Source of the DNA: an uncultured Acidobacteriota bacterium
Lineage (GTDB): Bacteria; Acidobacteriota; Vicinamibacteria; Marinacidobacterales; SMYC01
Direction: 5' to 3'
DNA: 64,000 nt
Assembly: GCA_963716925.1 (NCBI GenBank)
Contig: CAVQUX010000025.1
Coordinates: 144,751-208,750 of the forward strand
Shown one piece after another: positions 20,048 to 29,269 of the stretch. The translations under genes were made by a program, and so were the position numbers. How positions within the stretch are numbered: the first letter of the stretch is position 1; every line of letters begins with the position of its first letter. The notes beneath the pieces are model-generated. The model was not told the DNA's origin. It worked only from the letters and a program-made list of their open reading frames with translations, and made no database searches.

Positions 20048-21470
20048 TGGCGGGGCGAAGCTCCGCCGAGGATTTCCTGCAGGCGGACCACAGCCGCCGA
20101 ACGTCCTCCTCCGTGGTTCGAAGGCCGGTGATGCAGGCCCGCAGGGTGAAGCGCCCCCGAAGCCGGTTGCGGGACAGAAAGAGGGCCGGCTCGCGATTGA
20201 GGCGATCGAGCATCTCTTCGTTCCACCGATCGAGCTCCTCGGGACGGAGCCCGCTCGCGGGAACGTAGCGGAAGGCCACGGTGCTGGTCTCGACCGGAGC
20301 CGCGAGCTCGAACTCCGGGTCGGACTCGATCCAGGAGGCGAGCCTCCGGGCGAGCGCGAGATGCTCCTCGATCCGCTCGCGGACGGCTTTCGCCCCATAG
20401 GCCTTCATGGCCATCCAGATGCGGAGAGCCCGGAAGCGCCGGGAGAGCTCGACGGTGGACTCCATCGGCTGGGGCACCTCCTGCTCGGCGGCGCTCACTT
20501 TCAAGTACTCCGGGATCACGGTGAAGAACCGACGCATCGAGGCGACGTCTCTCACCAGAAGGCAGCTGGTGTCGATGGGAACGAAGAGCCATTTGTGGGG
20601 ATCGAGGGAGACGGAGTCGGCGGAGGCGAGTCCTTGCCGAAGAAAGGCGCCGCTCGGGGCCGCCGCCGCCAGCGCGCCGTAGGCGCCGTCCACGTGGAGC
20701 CAGAGCCCGTTCTCGCGGCAGACTTCGGCCAGTTCCTCGAGCGGGTCGACGGCGCCGCTTCCAATCGTGCCCGCGGTCGCTATCACGGCCGCCGGTGAGA
20801 ACCCTCGCGCTCGATCGCGATCGATCGCCTCTCGCAGCACCGGCGGGCTCAGGTGGAAAGCGTCGTCGACGGGAAGACGCCGGAGAGCCTCGGGAGGAAC
20901 GCCGAGGAAACGAAGCCCGCGGTCGATCGAGCTATGAGTCTCTTCGGAGACGTAGAAGACCCGATCGTTCCCCTTTCCCGCCTTCTCCCGGGCGAGTGCG
21001 AGCCCCATGAGGTTCGCGAGCGAGCCTCCGCTCGTCAGAACCCCGCCGCCAGATTCGGGGAAGCCGAGAAGAGACTGGAGCCAGCGAACCACCTCCGCCT
21101 CGATCGCGGCGGCGGAAGCGCCGCCCCTCACCAGGCTCACGTTCTGGTTCAGAGTCGAGGCGAGAAGGTCGGCGACGATGCCTACCATCCCGGTGGAGTT
21201 CGGGATGTACCCGAAGTTCCCGGAGTGCTGGAGGTCGGTCGCGAAGGGAACGACCCTCTCGACGAACTCCCGCAGCACGGCGCTCGGAGGCGATCCCTCT
21301 TCGGGGAGAGGCTCGCGCAGGAGGGAGAACACCCGCGCCGGAGGTTCGCTCGGCTGGATGGGCTTCTCGCCGAAATTCGTGAGGTAGGAGACCATCCAAT
21401 CGACCGCCTCATGGGCGAATCGCCGGAGCTCCTCTTGCGACAGGTCGTCTCGGCCGGGAATCTCGTTCAT
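20034..21470 (-). CDS. PLP-dependent group II amino-acid decarboxylase
   Basis: Active-site region SVSLDPHKWLFVPIDTSCLL (PLP lysine) and the HVDGAYG motif. Confidence 0.8.
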   Translation of the reverse strand: MNEIPGRDDLSQEELRRFAHEAVDWMVSYLTNFGEKPIQPSEPPARVFSLLREPLPEEGSPPSAVLREFVERVVPFATDLQHSGNFGYIPNSTGMVGIVADLLASTLNQNVSLVRGGASAAAIEAEVVRWLQSLLGFPESGGGVLTSGGSLANLMGLALAREKAGKGNDRVFYVSEETHSSIDRGLRFLGVPPEALRRLPVDDAFHLSPPVLREAIDRDRARGFSPAAVIATAGTIGSGAVDPLEELAEVCRENGLWLHVDGAYGALAAAAPSGAFLRQGLASADSVSLDPHKWLFVPIDTSCLLVRDVASMRRFFTVIPEYLKVSAAEQEVPQPMESTVELSRRFRALRIWMAMKAYGAKAVRERIEEHLALARRLASWIESDPEFELAAPVETSTVAFRYVPASGLRPEELDRWNEEMLDRLNREPALFLSRNRLRGRFTLRACITGLRTTEEDVRRLWSACRKSSAELRPAINPR

Positions 21471-21511
21471 CGGCGAGAGCTTAACATTCGAGCGCCCGCC
21501 GGGCGGCGGCT

Positions 21512-22747
21512 TCAGCCTCGACGCCGCGCCTTCAGGAAGACGTCGATGGCATCGGGGCGTGGATTCACGAACGTGAGGCGCACCCGTCCGTCGCTCTCGG
21601 TCGAGATCGTCGCCGGAATCGACGAGACCGTCAGGTACCAGCCGTCGGGGAGCACCACTTCGTTCCTGGGCCTCCCGAAGCTGCGATGCCAGACGAGCTC
21701 ATCGCCGACCAGACCGAAGCGGCCCGGATCGGTATAGGTCTCCTCGATGCGGAGCCGGTGCGACTGGCCTCGCTTCACCGGGGGGAACCGGACGACGACC
21801 ACTTCGGTATCCGGGGCGATCGGGTCCACGTCGAGTCCCGCTTTCTCGATCTCCTCGCCGCGAAGAGTCGAAGTCGCGAGCTCCTCACCCGTGTCCAGGA
21901 GCCGGGCGGAGGGTTGCGAGACCTTGCTTCCCGCGCGGACGATGTTGAGATACTTGTCGACCCCCTCGCGCCGCTCGGTGAAGTCGTGGTAGAGCCGGAA
22001 CGCATGGGTCTCCGGCTGCTGGAGGAAATAGACGATCTCCGTCTCCTCCCGGGCGCGCTCGGGAACCGGCGCGTCCACGAGCGCGGGATCGCCGCCGGCC
22101 GGCGGGGCGCTCGCCGAGCCGGGAGCTTCCGGGGCGGGAGCCGGCCGCGCGAGCGCGCGCGCCTTGACGACGAGGGGCGCGGATCCCGGATAGGTGTTGA
22201 TGAAGCTCACGAGGATTCGGCCGTCGGGCTCGCTCAGCACCTGCGAGGGGACGTTCAGGGAAACGAGCTCGTAGCCCGCGGGGAGCACCACCGCATTCTT
22301 CCGGATTCCCAGGGGGCGATCGAAGACGAGGAGCTCGCCCTCGCGAAAATAGCTCTTCTTGTCCTCGTACGTCTTGTCGATCCGGATGCGCACCTCGCCC
22401 ACCGCGGGAACCGGGCGCGGCAAGCGTACCCGGATGTACTGCGTGTCGGGATCGGCGTCGGTCTGGCCCGCTTCGCGAGCGGCCGTTCCGCTCACGACCT
22501 CGAAGTCGAGCGGCTGACCGGTCGCCGGATCCTGGACCGACTCGTCCCGCGCCACGCTTCCCTTCCGGATGGGGTTGAAGAAGAAGCGCGCTCCGGGGGT
22601 CGATGCGGTCACGTCGTAGAGGATGCGAAAGCTCGCGGTCTCCGGCGCGAGGAGCTCGTATCGAGTGTATTCGTCCTCGCCGTCGGACTGCGCGCGGAGC
22701 GGCGCGGCCGCGAGAAGACTCACCACGATTGCCGACCATGCTTTCAT
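21512..22747 (-). CDS. secreted protein of unknown function with two internal ~170 aa repeats
   Basis: Signal MKAWSAIVVSLLAAAPLRAQ. The repeat ...RIRIDKTYEDKKSYFREGELLVFDRPLGIRKNAVVLPAGYELV... recurs as ...RLRIEETYTDPGRFGLVGDELVWHRSFGRPRNEVVLPDGWYLT.... The upstream 5' extension of the ORF is Arg-rich junk. Confidence 0.6.
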   Translation of the reverse strand: MKAWSAIVVSLLAAAPLRAQSDGEDEYTRYELLAPETASFRILYDVTASTPGARFFFNPIRKGSVARDESVQDPATGQPLDFEVVSGTAAREAGQTDADPDTQYIRVRLPRPVPAVGEVRIRIDKTYEDKKSYFREGELLVFDRPLGIRKNAVVLPAGYELVSLNVPSQVLSEPDGRILVSFINTYPGSAPLVVKARALARPAPAPEAPGSASAPPAGGDPALVDAPVPERAREETEIVYFLQQPETHAFRLYHDFTERREGVDKYLNIVRAGSKVSQPSARLLDTGEELATSTLRGEEIEKAGLDVDPIAPDTEVVVVRFPPVKRGQSHRLRIEETYTDPGRFGLVGDELVWHRSFGRPRNEVVLPDGWYLTVSSIPATISTESDGRVRLTFVNPRPDAIDVFLKARRRG

Positions 22748-22758
22748 GAGCGAACCTC

Positions 22759-23772
22759 TCATTCGAGCGGTGTGCAGGCGGGGTCGCACATCCCATCGAC
22801 TACCGGAGGCCGGGAGCCGTCCATCGTCACGCAGATCCGGCCCGTGTAGTCGGCGCAGAACCCCCTGGTCCCGGTGACCCCCGGGCTCTCGGGGTAGGCG
22901 AGGTACAGGAACGACTGGACGCTCGAGGGCGACAGGTTGGCGAAAGCGACCTCGCTTCCGTCCGCGGGGAGGCCGACCAGGAACTCGCGTCGATAGCCCG
23001 CGCGCACCTCGGGAGGAATGTCGGTGAGGAAAACCGGGCCCTGGGGAGGATAGCCGGGAATGCATTCCTGAGGCTTCGCCAGGCACTCGAGCTGGTCGTA
23101 CTGTCCTCCGTTCGACGAGGCGTACGCGACTTCGGCGGAGATCACCGTCCGCAGGTCGCCGATCGCGGCCGCCTCGTTGGCGGAGCCGCGCGCCCGCAAG
23201 AGGCTCGGGATGGCGATGGCTGCGATCATGCCGACGAGCGCGACCAGCAGGAAGAAGACGACGACGGCTACGACCACCACCGTCACCGTCGATGACTCCG
23301 AGAGCTTCGTCACTTCGGCGATGTCGGCGGCGCTCAGTCGAGCGGGCGGAGTCTCGGAGAACAGCACCTTCACCCCCGGCTTGTAGAGGTAGAACAGGAT
23401 CAATGCCGAGATCACGGTGCCGAACGGAATTCCCAGGAGGCCGATGAACGAAAGGACGAGCTGAATGGTGCGCCCGTAGCTCTTGAGGTTCCACAGGCCG
23501 ATCGCGCAGACGATCGACACGATTCCAAAGAGGGCGTAGAGCGCGCCGATGCCCGTGATGAGAGCTCGCTCCGATCCCTCGCTCCCGAACGACAGGACGA
23601 CGGCCGCGACTCCGCCGAGGAGCATGATCGGCCCCAGGAAGAAATGAAGGACGGCGAGGACGCTGATGACGCCGGGCCGACGGTAAATCTGGGCGGCGGA
23701 GACGGGTCTCGAGCCCGGGCGGGCTCCGGGGCGGGGACCAGCGTAGGGATTCGGTCGTGTCGGTGACACCAT
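22759..23772 (-). CDS. polytopic membrane protein with an embedded type IV pilin-like helix
   Basis: About 4 N-terminal TM helices, then VVVVAVVVFFLLVALVGMIAAIAIPSLLRARGSANEAAAIGDLRTVISAEVAYAS. This resembles the N-terminal helix of type IV pilins/pseudopilins but is internal and lacks the G|FTLIE prepilin peptidase site. Confidence 0.55.
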   Translation of the reverse strand: MVSPTRPNPYAGPRPGARPGSRPVSAAQIYRRPGVISVLAVLHFFLGPIMLLGGVAAVVLSFGSEGSERALITGIGALYALFGIVSIVCAIGLWNLKSYGRTIQLVLSFIGLLGIPFGTVISALILFYLYKPGVKVLFSETPPARLSAADIAEVTKLSESSTVTVVVVAVVVFFLLVALVGMIAAIAIPSLLRARGSANEAAAIGDLRTVISAEVAYASSNGGQYDQLECLAKPQECIPGYPPQGPVFLTDIPPEVRAGYRREFLVGLPADGSEVAFANLSPSSVQSFLYLAYPESPGVTGTRGFCADYTGRICVTMDGSRPPVVDGMCDPACTPLE

Positions 23773-23854
23773 GCCTTTACTCCCTTGCGAAACGGGAGAA
23801 GAGCCTAAGGGCCGCGACTTCGAAAAGCAACTGACCCATCTCCCGGGGTCGGGT

Positions 23855-25174
23855 TCACATCTTCCTCAGCGGGCGCCGCGCGACGAGGATGCCGTAGAGC
23901 GGATACGAGAGAGCGATGAGCACGACGGCGTAGATCGTGTTCTCCGGATCGCTCGCGGCGTTTCCGATGAGGAAGAGAAGCGAGCCCGCGAGCGCGATTC
24001 CGGTCGTCCAGGGGAAACCCCAGGCGCGGAACGGCCGCGCGAGCCCGGGCTCGCGGCGCCTGAGGACGAAGAGGGACACGAACCCCGACAGGTAGACGAA
24101 CACGTAGAAGAACGCGGCGATGGCCACCAGCCTCTCGAAAGTGCCGCTGGCGACGAGCGCCATGGCGCAGAGGGCGGTGAACAGCAGCGCGAACGTCGGG
24201 GTTCCCCGGGGGCTCACCGCCGATGCCGCTCCGAAGAACAGGCGATCGCGGCTCATGGCGAAAACGATCCGGGTCGCGAGGAGCATGACCGCGTTGAGAA
24301 TGCTGAACAGAGACACGAGCGAGAGGAGGGTGATCACCTCGCGTCCTCGCCCTCCGAACACTCTCGAGGCGGCATCGGCGGCGGGAAGCGTCGAGCCCGC
24401 GATCTCGGAGACTTTGAGGACGTAGAGAAGCGCCAGGTTCACGAGCAGGTAGATGACGAGCGTCGCGAGCACGCCGCCGAGAGCCGAGCGCGGGAGGTTC
24501 TTCGCAGGGTCCCGATCCTCCTCGGTGAAATAGATGGCGCTGTACCAGCCGTCATAGGTCACGATGACCGCCTGGAGCGCGAGGACGAAAGGAACCACTC
24601 GAAGCCAGTCGAGAGAGGCCGAGGGAGCCTCGGCCGCGCGAGGGGCCGAGAAGAAACAGAAGGCGACGAACGCCAGAAACACGATCCCCTTGGCGAGGCT
24701 GGTGAGCTCCTGAACGCGGCTGCTCGAGCGAAGACCGCGCCACTGAAGGAAGGCGAAGAGCGCGAGGGCGCCGATGGCGATTGCCTTGTGCGCGCCGGAA
24801 AAGCCGGGAAGGAGCGCGACGGTGAACTCACCGAGGGCGGTGGCCAGGTACGCGAGAGAGGCGCTCTGCGCAATCCAGTCGCTCCAGCCCACCACGAAGC
24901 CCGCGTACTCCCCGAGCGCCCGGCGGGCGTAGACGTACCAGCCGCCCACGCTCGGAAGCGCGGTCCCGAGCTCGCACACCGAGACCGTGCCCAGGATTGA
25001 GTAGAGTCCCCCGAGGACCCACACCAGGACGATCGGCCAGTAGCTTTCGAGCTGCGCCGCCACCATCCCCGGGGTGCGGAGGATTCCGACCCCCACGGTC
25101 CCCCCGACGGTGACCGCGATGCCGAAACTCACCCCGAGAAGGCGGAGGAGGCGACCGTTCGATTCCAAGTCGGC
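23855..25174 (-). CDS. APC-family amino acid permease
   Basis: ...RLLRLLGVSFGIAVTVGGTVGVGILRTPG... is the APC N-terminal signature. The 5' part of the long ORF is Arg-rich and probably not translated, so the start (possibly TTG near 25170) is uncertain. Confidence 0.75.
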   Translation of the reverse strand, partial: ADLESNGRLLRLLGVSFGIAVTVGGTVGVGILRTPGMVAAQLESYWPIVLVWVLGGLYSILGTVSVCELGTALPSVGGWYVYARRALGEYAGFVVGWSDWIAQSASLAYLATALGEFTVALLPGFSGAHKAIAIGALALFAFLQWRGLRSSSRVQELTSLAKGIVFLAFVAFCFFSAPRAAEAPSASLDWLRVVPFVLALQAVIVTYDGWYSAIYFTEEDRDPAKNLPRSALGGVLATLVIYLLVNLALLYVLKVSEIAGSTLPAADAASRVFGGRGREVITLLSLVSLFSILNAVMLLATRIVFAMSRDRLFFGAASAVSPRGTPTFALLFTALCAMALVASGTFERLVAIAAFFYVFVYLSGFVSLFVLRRREPGLARPFRAWGFPWTTGIALAGSLLFLIGNAASDPENTIYAVVLIALSYPLYGILVARRPLRKM

Positions 25175-25300
25175 GACGTTAACACGAAAAGGATTGCGGG
25201 AAGCGCAAGCGCGGCATCGGAAGAGATGACGGGCGTTTTTTGCTCCAACTCTCCGCCTGCCCCACTCCTCGTGGAATTTGGTTAGAATCCGAGGCTGACC

Positions 25301-27193
25301 GTGTCCTTGACCCACCCTTCCCCCTCCCTCGCCCCCCCTCGCCGGCCCTGGAGAACCCGGTTATTCGGGCGACCGCTGGCGACTGCCGACGCCCCGCATC
25401 AGACCATCGGCAAGGCTCTCGGGCTCGCGGTCTTCGCATCGGACGCCCTCTCCTCGACGGCCTACGCCACACAGGAGATCCTGCTGGTCCTCGCGGCGGC
25501 GGGCGCCGCCGCCTTCTCCTACGCCTTTCCCATAGCCGGCGCCATCGTGATTCTCCTGATCATCGTCACCATTTCCTACGAGCAGACCATCCACGCCTAT
25601 CCCGACGGCGGCGGGGCCTATATCGTCGCCCGGGACAACCTCGGGCAGCTCGCGGCGCAAGTGGCCGGCGCCGCGCTCCTCTCGGACTACATCCTGACGG
25701 TGAGCGTGTCGGTATCCTCGGGAGCGGCCCAGCTCGCCTCCGCGTTTCCCGCGCTCTACGAGTACCGGGTCGGCCTTGCGGTGATCCTGGTCGCGTTCGT
25801 GATGTTCGTCAATCTGCGGGGAGTTAAGGAATCGGGCACGATCTTCGCCGTCCCCACGTACTGTTTCCTCGCCATGATGTTCTTCACCCTGAGCGCCGGA
25901 TTCTGGCGATACGCGTTCGGCGAGCTCGGCCAGGTCGTCGACCCGCCTCCGCTCGAGACGCCGGAGCAGCTCGCGAGCCTCTCCGTATTTATCATTCTCC
26001 ACGCCTTCTCGAACGGAACCACCGCGCTCACCGGGGTGGAGGCGATCTCGAACGGCATCACCGCCTTCAAGGAGCCTAGAAGCCACAACGCCGGCGTGAC
26101 GCTCGCCTGGATGTCGGTCATTCTGGGGATGCTGTTCCTCGGAATCACCTTCCTCGCCGGGGAAATCGGCGCCATTCCTTCCGAGGGGGAGACGGTCATC
26201 TCCCAGCTCGCTCGCACGGCGTTCGAAGGCCGGGGTCTCGCCTACCTGGCGGTCATGGCCACCACGACGCTGATTCTGGTGATGGCCGCCAACACCGCCT
26301 TTTCCGACTTCCCCCGGCTTTCCGCGATCCAGGCGGCCGACGGCTTCCTGCCCCGCCAGCTCACCTACCGCGGGAGCCGCCTGGTGTTCTCCCGCGGGAT
26401 CGTCGTGCTGGCGATCGCGAGCGCGCTTCTCATCGTGGCGTTCCAGGCGAGCGTCACCCGCCTCATCCCGCTCTATGCGATCGGGGTCTTCCTCTCGTTC
26501 ACTCTCTCACAGGCGGGAATGACGCTTCGGTGGATGCGCATGGGTCGGAGCCTCGCGCAACCGCCGAAGGGATGGCGCTGGAAGATGCTCCTCAACGGGC
26601 TCGGCGCGGTGCTCACCGCCCTGGTGACGATGGTTTTCGCCGTAACCAAGTTCCAGGAAGGCGCCTGGGTAGTGTTGCTGGTTCTGCCGGCGTTCGTGTT
26701 CGTATTCCTCGCGATACGTGAGCACTATCGGGAGACCGCCGACCAGCTCTCGCTGCAACACTACGGAGCGCCTCCTCGGAGCGGACGCCACCGGGTGATC
26801 CTCCCGATCAGCAACGTCCATCGCGGAACGCTGGAGGCCCTCCGCTACGCGCGTGCGTTGTCTCACGACGTCACCGCGGTCCATGTGTCGCTCGACACCG
26901 CCGAGGCGGAGAGGCTCCGAGCCAAATGGGATCTCTGGGGCGACGGCGTGAGGCTCGTCATCCTCGACTCGCCGTATCGCCTCCTCCTCGAGCCGCTCCT
27001 CGACTACATCACTTCGGTCGCGGACGAGCGCCAGCCGAACGAGACCATCACCATCGTCGTTCCCCAGTTCGTTCCTCGCCGCTCGTGGCAGAACGTCCTC
27101 CACGCCCAGACGGCGCTCTTCCTGAGGATGGCGCTCCTGTTCCGGCGCGGGATCGTGGTCACGAGCGTTCCCTATCAACTCGCCGAACCGTGA
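25301..27193 (+). CDS. KimA (YdaO)-like APC-superfamily K+ transporter with C-terminal cytoplasmic domain
   Basis: Strong, collinear similarity to B. subtilis KimA. Examples: FASDALSSTAYATQEIL, AYPDGGGAYIVARDNLG, DYILTVSVS, TALTGVEAISNGITAFKEP, AVHVS, GVRLVILDSPYRLL, IVVPQFV. Confidence 0.75.
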   Translation: MSLTHPSPSLAPPRRPWRTRLFGRPLATADAPHQTIGKALGLAVFASDALSSTAYATQEILLVLAAAGAAAFSYAFPIAGAIVILLIIVTISYEQTIHAYPDGGGAYIVARDNLGQLAAQVAGAALLSDYILTVSVSVSSGAAQLASAFPALYEYRVGLAVILVAFVMFVNLRGVKESGTIFAVPTYCFLAMMFFTLSAGFWRYAFGELGQVVDPPPLETPEQLASLSVFIILHAFSNGTTALTGVEAISNGITAFKEPRSHNAGVTLAWMSVILGMLFLGITFLAGEIGAIPSEGETVISQLARTAFEGRGLAYLAVMATTTLILVMAANTAFSDFPRLSAIQAADGFLPRQLTYRGSRLVFSRGIVVLAIASALLIVAFQASVTRLIPLYAIGVFLSFTLSQAGMTLRWMRMGRSLAQPPKGWRWKMLLNGLGAVLTALVTMVFAVTKFQEGAWVVLLVLPAFVFVFLAIREHYRETADQLSLQHYGAPPRSGRHRVILPISNVHRGTLEALRYARALSHDVTAVHVSLDTAEAERLRAKWDLWGDGVRLVILDSPYRLLLEPLLDYITSVADERQPNETITIVVPQFVPRRSWQNVLHAQTALFLRMALLFRRGIVVTSVPYQLAEP

Positions 27194-27203
27194 CGGAGCT
27201 CTC

Positions 27204-27872
27204 ATGTATTTCATCGTCGTAGGATGCGGCCGCGTCGGATCGGAGCTGGCGCACCGGATGTTCCGCCAAGGCCACGAGGTCGCGGTGGTGGACGAGTCCG
27301 GCGCTTCGTTTCGCAACCTGCATCCCGACTACCGGGGCCGGACCATCGAGGGCAGCGTGCTCTCGGAAGAGGTCCTGAGAAGGGCCGAGGTCGCGCGCGC
27401 CGACGGGCTCGCCGCGGTCACCAACTCCGATACCGTGAACGCCGTGGTAGGTCACGCCGCCCGGGCGGTCTTCGGCATCCGCAACGTCGTGGTTCGCAAC
27501 TTCGACCCTCGACTCCTCCCGCTCCATCAGAGCTTCCGGCATCGCGTGGTCAGCTCCACCGTCTGGGGGGCGGAGAGGATCGAGACCCTCCTTCACCACC
27601 CCGAGGAGCAGAGCCTCCTGAGCCTGGGCGCCGAGGAGATCGAAGTCTTCGAGCTCAGGGTGAGCGACGGCTGGTCCGGACGCACGATTCGAGAGCTCCT
27701 CTCCGACCTGGAAGCGGTTCCCGTCACGCTGACCCGCGCGGGCATCGCCGAGCTCGCCCGGCTCGAGACCGAGCTCGCCCAGGGCGACCTCCTCAAAGTG
27801 GCGACGGCCGCGGGGTGCCTGGCGCAGCTTCAAGCGCGGCTCACCCCCGCCGAGACCGCGGAGGAAACATGA
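27204..27872 (+). CDS. TrkA-family RCK protein (TrkA-N NAD-binding plus TrkA-C)
   Basis: MYFIVVGCGRVGSELAHRM Rossmann motif. The stop overlaps the next start (ATGA). Confidence 0.8.
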   Translation: MYFIVVGCGRVGSELAHRMFRQGHEVAVVDESGASFRNLHPDYRGRTIEGSVLSEEVLRRAEVARADGLAAVTNSDTVNAVVGHAARAVFGIRNVVVRNFDPRLLPLHQSFRHRVVSSTVWGAERIETLLHHPEEQSLLSLGAEEIEVFELRVSDGWSGRTIRELLSDLEAVPVTLTRAGIAELARLETELAQGDLLKVATAAGCLAQLQARLTPAETAEET

Positions 27873-28537
27873 ACGTTCTCATCGTCGGTGGCGGAAGAAC
27901 GGCATCCGAGCTGGCGCGGCTCCTGGTCGCCCAGAAACACGAGGTCCGGCTCGTCGAGGGACGAAGAGACGTCCTCTCGAGGCTGCACAAAGAGCTCCCC
28001 ACTGAAGTCGTCTACGAAGGGGCGCCCGCCCAGATGGACGTCCTGGAGCGCGCCGGAATCGCCCGCTCCCACGTGCTCGTCGCCTGTCTCCCCGACGACG
28101 CCGACAATCTGGCGCTCTGCTACGTGGCCCGCGACCGCTACCGCGTAGGAAGGACCATCGCCTGCGTCAACGACCCGCGGAGCGTCTGGCTTTTCGACGA
28201 CCGCTTCCACGTCGACGTCGCGTTGAACCAGGCCGCCATCCTCTCGGCGCTCATCGAGGAAGAGATGTCCATGGGGGACATGATGACCCTCCTCAAGCTC
28301 CGGCGCGGCCGCTATTCGCTGGTGGAGGAGAGGCTCCCCGCGGGGGCGCCGGCGGTGGGGCTCACGGTGGGAGAGCTTCCGCTCCCGCCGCGCTCGGTGA
28401 TCGCGGCGATTCTGAGGCGCGGGGAGATGGTGATTCCTCGCGGAGGAGTCCGGCTCCAGGTGGGCGACGAGGTCCTGGCCATCGTCGACGCCGAGCAGGC
28501 GCCGGAGCTCGCGCGGCTGTTCACGCCGCCTTCGTAG
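27869..28537 (+). CDS. TrkA-family RCK protein, second copy
   Basis: MNVLIVGGGRTASELARLL Rossmann motif. TrkA-C-like C-terminus. Confidence 0.8.
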   Translation: MNVLIVGGGRTASELARLLVAQKHEVRLVEGRRDVLSRLHKELPTEVVYEGAPAQMDVLERAGIARSHVLVACLPDDADNLALCYVARDRYRVGRTIACVNDPRSVWLFDDRFHVDVALNQAAILSALIEEEMSMGDMMTLLKLRRGRYSLVEERLPAGAPAVGLTVGELPLPPRSVIAAILRRGEMVIPRGGVRLQVGDEVLAIVDAEQAPELARLFTPPS

Positions 28538-29165
28538 CCTGGTCGCCGCTGCGGAGGAAAGCGGTGATCGCGGGAACCAGCGAGACGAAAATGATGCCGA
28601 GAATCACCAGGGTGAAATTCTCTTTCACGAAGGGAATGTTCCCGAAGAAGTAGCCGCCGAGGCAGCAGATCGTCACCCAGGCGACGCCGCCTCCGACGTT
28701 GAACGCGGCGAAGCGCGGATAGCTCATCCTCGCCATGCCGGCGACGAACGGCGCGAACGTCCGGAGGAACGGGGCGAAGCGGGCGATCACGATGGCCTTC
28801 CCCCCGTGCCGCGCATAGAACCGCTCGGTCCGCGCGAGGTGCTCCTTGTTCACGAACCGCGAGCGCAGGAGCCAGCGGGACGCCACCGTCGCACCCAGGG
28901 TGTAGTTGACGGCGTCGCCGAGGATGGCGGCGACGCTCAGGAGCAGTATGAGCCCTCCGATGTCCAGGGACCCCACCGCCGCGAGCGCGCCCGCAGAGAA
29001 CAGCATCGAGTCGCCGGGCAGAAACGGCGTCACCACCAGACCGGTCTCGCAGAAGACGATGAGGAAAAGGATGCCGTAGGTCCAGACGCCGTAGTCCCGG
29101 ACCAGCGCCAGGAGCGTCTCGTCGAGGTGGCCGAAGATTTGGAGAAGAGTTTGAAAGAATTCCAC
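28521..29165 (-). CDS. DedA-family membrane protein
   Basis: DYGVWTYGILFLIVFCETGLVVTPFLPGDSMLFSAGALAA is the canonical DedA/VTT motif. Confidence 0.85.
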   Translation of the reverse strand: MEFFQTLLQIFGHLDETLLALVRDYGVWTYGILFLIVFCETGLVVTPFLPGDSMLFSAGALAAVGSLDIGGLILLLSVAAILGDAVNYTLGATVASRWLLRSRFVNKEHLARTERFYARHGGKAIVIARFAPFLRTFAPFVAGMARMSYPRFAAFNVGGGVAWVTICCLGGYFFGNIPFVKENFTLVILGIIFVSLVPAITAFLRSGDQATKAA

Positions 29166-29269
29166 GATGAATGCAGAACTATACCATGCGTTCTGCCGCT
29201 TCGCCCGAGACTCGTCGGCGGGATTCCTCCGGCGGACGCGCTACAATCCGGCGTCGGAGCCGGATCGTC

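Noticed and set aside
18329-20398. 689 aa minus-strand ORF spanning the AraC and NTF2-like genes
   Set aside because: Arg/Ser/Pro-rich junk that crosses several well-supported plus-strand genes.
25175-25300. c-di-AMP (ydaO-type) riboswitch upstream of the KimA-like gene
   Set aside because: No conserved ydaO motif segments were recognisable by eye. A covariance-model scan would be needed to confirm absence.
27224-28537. 437 aa plus-strand ORF
   Set aside because: It starts in an alternative frame of the first TrkA gene and is Arg-rich at its N-terminus. The real genes are the two TrkA-like CDSs, which overlap by ATGA at 27869-27872.
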